Assembly: GCA_004431415.1 (NCBI GenBank)
Contig: QPMI01000420.1
Span: 1 to 64,000, forward strand
From: Cyanophora paradoxa CCMP329
Taxonomy: Eukaryota > Plantae > Glaucophyta
Reading direction: 5' to 3'
Length of the DNA: 64,000 bases
The first letter of the stretch is position 1; each line of letters starts with the position of its first letter. The position numbers were made by a program, and so were the translations under genes. The notes beneath the pieces are model-generated. The model saw only the letters and a list, made by a program, of their open reading frames with translations, ran no database searches and was not told where the DNA came from. Below, one piece after another: positions 60,701 to 64,000 of this stretch.

Positions 60701-61556
60701 CCGACTCCCGGCGCCCGGAAATGCGATCTCCCCTTTCGAGATATCCCACACGACGCACTGCCTCCCAGCCACTGCGTGCTTCACGGGCGGCGTGCAATCT
60801 CCATAGCAGCGGCGACCAGCAGGCAGTTCGCAGCCACCTGGCGCGGCGCCTGACGACGGAGGAGGCGCGCGCGGGAGGAGGCGACGCGGCAGCCCGCCAC
60901 CGAGGCGAGTGACCGAGGCTAGGGCAAGGCTCAAGTTGAGTTCCCCGCCGAAGAGAGCGAAAGAGCGAACTCGGAGTTGGCTGCAGCCCTTTCAATTACT
61001 CCTGATGCGCGATCTCCCCACCAGAGAGGAGAGTGCCGCAAGACAACGCTTATGCGACACGCCTGGTTCAGCCCGCGGCAGGCCTGATGGCTTCCAGCTA
61101 CAAGGGCGACGCACGCTCGTGCGGTACGCAAGCTCGAATCGGCGACACCTGTCCCCTCGTAGCCCAATCCGTTCACATCCCTGAAATTCTCCGCCCAGTG
61201 GCACCGGCATCTGGGAAGCTGGTGCAAGGTGGTCCGCGGCCCGCGGCTGGCCCTCCCCCGCAGCGGCTGGCCCCTCCCGACACCCCCTGATCTCATGGCA
61301 CTGGCGAGCGCGGCGGACAGCGGACGGCTTACTCCGCCGCCTCCTCCGCCGCCGGCTGGCGCGCCAGCGCTCTACCCCGCGCCTTCTCCTCGGTGCGATC
61401 CCTTGATTCCCGTACCCCGCTGCACTTCTAATGGAGCCGACCGCAGCCCGAGCGGGTCCGGGAGGCGGTCCTGGAGGCGGTGAACTGCGGCGCCGAGGTG
61501 CGCCCTCCCTCGCGCCCCCCGCGGGGGAACGGGACGGCTCAGCGTACCCCCCTTCT

Positions 61557-61560
<4 letters not shown>

Positions 61561-61604
<44 letters not shown>
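61561..61604. repeat. (CT)n microsatellite followed by poly-C
   Basis: Direct reading; expanded relative to the other units. Confidence 0.9.
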
Positions 61605-61607
<3 letters not shown>

Positions 61608-63276
61608 CCCCCCCCCCCCCCTCTGCCTCGCAGGTCGTTCTCATTGGGGACGCCCCCGCCGCCGGCGCGCTGCTCCGCGCCGGACTCCGCCGCCTGACGC
61701 CGCGTACCCCTTCCTCGTCTCCTCCGCCCGGGGTACGGCGTTCTCGAGCTCTGCGGTCCCTCGCTCCGGATCCCCCGCCCGATGCGCTCACTGGAACACT
61801 GCAGGGGCGGACGCCGGCCCCAGTGGGTCGACGCGGAGGGGTACGCCGGCGCCCGCTCCCGGAACGGTACCTCCTCGCTCGTCTGGGCCGTCCGCGAGGA
61901 GGAGGGCGCGCGCCTGCGCTTCCCCGTCCAGTCCTTGCCAGTCCTTTGTACAAAGCCCCATTGGGGCGTTACTCAGATTGAATACAACATGAATGCAACA
62001 ATATTAATGTCCTGCACCGGGGTCTGTTGCTGCCGGTAGGGCGGGGACCTAGCCAAACTGCATACAGGCCATGACTGTGACCGAGGGCGGAGCACAAGAA
62101 GCGGTTGGGGGGCTTGAGAGGAGGCGGGGGTGAGGGGGGGGAGTTCGCTAGGCGCAAGGGGTACTTCATGAGACAGAGTTGAGCCGTTGAGAAGGAGCAG
62201 GGAGGGGCTACAGAAGCGGCGCGCGATGAGGGAGCTATGGCGCTCGGGCTCCAGGCGGCCTCGCCGGCCTGCAGCTGGCGGGCGGCGAGGAAGGCGGCGG
62301 CGGTGGGATCGCGCTGGGAGAGGAGGGCGGCGAACTTGGCCACCGCCGCGAGGGGAGGAGGCGGCGAGGAGGGAGGAGGGAGGACAGGAGGGCCGCGAAC
62401 TTCGGAACTTGGCCGCCGCCGCGGCCAACGGTTGGTGTTCCCCGGCGGAGCAGGGACCTCCTCCCGCGCCTTCTTGGCGGCCTCCGCGGCGTCCTCCGCC
62501 GCCGCCCGCTTGCGCCTGGCCGCGGCTTGCACCGCGGACGATCTCAAGGGCGGCGTCGAGCGGCTCGCGCGTTAGCCATAGCTATAGCTTCTTGCTCACT
62601 AATGTACGCTCACCGAAGGAAAGCGGAATGGTCGATCGCTTTGTGGCTTGGCACAGCTGGGAGATGTCCACAGCTTCGTATTCCGAAAAGTCCATGAGGC
62701 TCCCGTGCTCCGGTGCTGCCCTGCGAGAAGAGAATGCGGCTCGGGTCCAAGTACAGGTACTCGAAAGTCGGCCGGATCGTGCAAATGAACATACCGTCGA
62801 AAGTGCTTGGCGCGTAAACGCGGCTAACCCGAAACGGCCCGCTGGCGCTCCGAAGAGCCTGTAAACTTGTAGATCAGTCAACCTCGAACATAAAGACAGC
62901 AAAGCCGAGGCGCGCCGAGCGGCGTCGGCGGCGCACGAGACGAGAACGCGCACGGCGGTAATTGGATGGCCAGCTGACAGGTCGGCGGAAACGCTTCGCC
63001 CCGCGCAGCTGGACCCCCTAGCTGGCTCCTGTGATGTGCGGCCTCCGCCCCTAGGCGCGCGGTGCTTGCTTTGGGCCGTATACGTAGAAGTTCAATGCCA
63101 GGCGTGTGTACCCGCCGGCCTCCCGCGAGCCCGTACCCGGGCGGAGCAACAAAACCGGGAAAACCGGAGGCCTTTGACCGGCTCTCAACCTTCGGAAGCG
63201 GTTGGATAGGTCGGCCGCTTCGTCCAGAGTCGCGCGCGGCGCTGGCGGAGCAGCGTCGCGGGTCGCTCGGCCAGCG

Positions 63277-64000
63277 ATGAGGGCGCCCGCGGGCGGCGGC
63301 GCGCTGGCGCTGCTGCTCGCGGCTTCAGTGCTGCTGGCGTGGTTCGCGGCGCCCGCCGCCGCGATCAAGGCGCACTCGTACGCGTGGAGCCACGTCCTGA
63401 ACGAGAAGCCCGTGCTGGTGCGGACGGCGGGGCCGTGCCCGTGCCTCGTTTCGTACTTCGTGGAGGCGAGCCCGTTCAGCGTGCGGGCGGCGCTCGTGCT
63501 GCTCAGCTCGGGCGCGTACGAGAAGTTCGTGGCGGGTCAGCTGCGCCCCGACGAGCCCGGGCAGGAGACGGTCGTCGTGGAGAGCTCCGGGACGCTCGCG
63601 CGGGCGGAGGACTTCCGGCAGGCGGCGGTGCCCGACGGCGAGCACCTCTTCGTCGTCCTCGCGCCGCTGGCCACGGGCTACATCCCCGTCCGCGTCCTCG
63701 TCGACATCGTCCCCGCCGGTCCGCTCGATGCGCGTGCGCCGCGCGCCTCGGATCGGCTCGAGCTCGATCGGCGCAGACGGCGGGTCGGTGACGCTGCCGC
63801 CGGGCCAGGCGCTGGTGCTGAGCAGCGCGCGGGCGTGCCCGTGCGCGGCGGCGAACCAGCTGGCGACCGACGCCGACCCGAAAGACCTCGTCGTTGCGTT
63901 CCTGGACGACGACGGCCTCGCGGCGGCGCTCGGCGGCTCCGGCGGCGGCGCCGTCGCCCCCGTCGCCGGCTTCTTCCCCTCGGGCGCCGCGCACAGCGCG
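63277..64000 (+). CDS. IPT/TIG protein, unit 5 (5' part; runs off the window)
   Basis: Same signal peptide and first exons. Confidence 0.65.
   Translation, partial: MRAPAGGGALALLLAASVLLAWFAAPAAAIKAHSYAWSHVLNEKPVLVRTAGPCPCLVSYFVEASPFSVRAALVLLSSGAYEKFVAGQLRPDEPGQETVVVESSGTLARAEDFRQAAVPDGEHLFVVLAPLATGYIPVRVLVDIVPAGPLDARAPRASDRLELDRRRRRVGDAAAGPGAGAEQRAGVPVRGGEPAGDRRRPERPRRCVPGRRRPRGGARRLRRRRRRPRRRLLPLGRRAQR

Larger units (their letters stand above)
32390..64000. repeat. Host tandem segmental array, ~6-kb units starting at ~32390, 38376, 44970, 51055 and 62825
   Basis: Near-identical recurring blocks and ORF translations. Confidence 0.92.

Noticed and set aside
32444-64000. Hundreds of overlapping Arg/Ala/Pro/Gly-rich ORFs
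   Set aside because: Stop-poor shadow frames of very GC-rich repeated DNA; only the spliced TIG and ParB-like frames have motifs.

Overview
This is eukaryotic (probably protist) genomic DNA in two parts. (1) Bases 1-31794 are lower in GC and hold two diverged copies of an endogenous Polinton-like virus (PLV), offset by ~21.2 kb. Copy A (1-10455) enters from outside the window. It ends at a repeat-rich right terminus (...CAATTGGTGGGGGT) that joins directly into the fibre gene of copy B, which suggests nested integration. Copy B (10456-31794) ends at the same terminal sequence, inside an intron-containing host ParB-like gene. The element encodes a giant fibre-like protein, a patatin + discoidin (F5/8C) lipase, two penton-like proteins and a double-jelly-roll major capsid protein split by a 1.14-kb poly(A) retroposon with a 16-bp TSD. 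It also encodes an A32 packaging ATPase, an AT-hook protein and one ~1,430-aa vOTU-like/PolB/SF1-helicase/HNH replicase, reconstructed by comparing the two copies. The remaining genes are an rve integrase whose third catalytic residue is Asn instead of Glu, a tandem DUF5710 protein and an S-adenosylmethionine decarboxylase. (2) Bases ~31795-64000 are very GC-rich host DNA. They form a tandem array of ~6-kb units (four complete, a fifth cut by the window edge). Each unit has a spliced, secreted IPT/TIG-domain gene and a divergent degenerate ParB-like gene. The array also contains a polymorphic TA-flanked MITE, a 4.3-kb TA-flanked TIR element and recurrent palindromic X-X'-X micro-insertions resembling transposon excision footprints. 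All family calls come from motifs read by eye; no searches were run.
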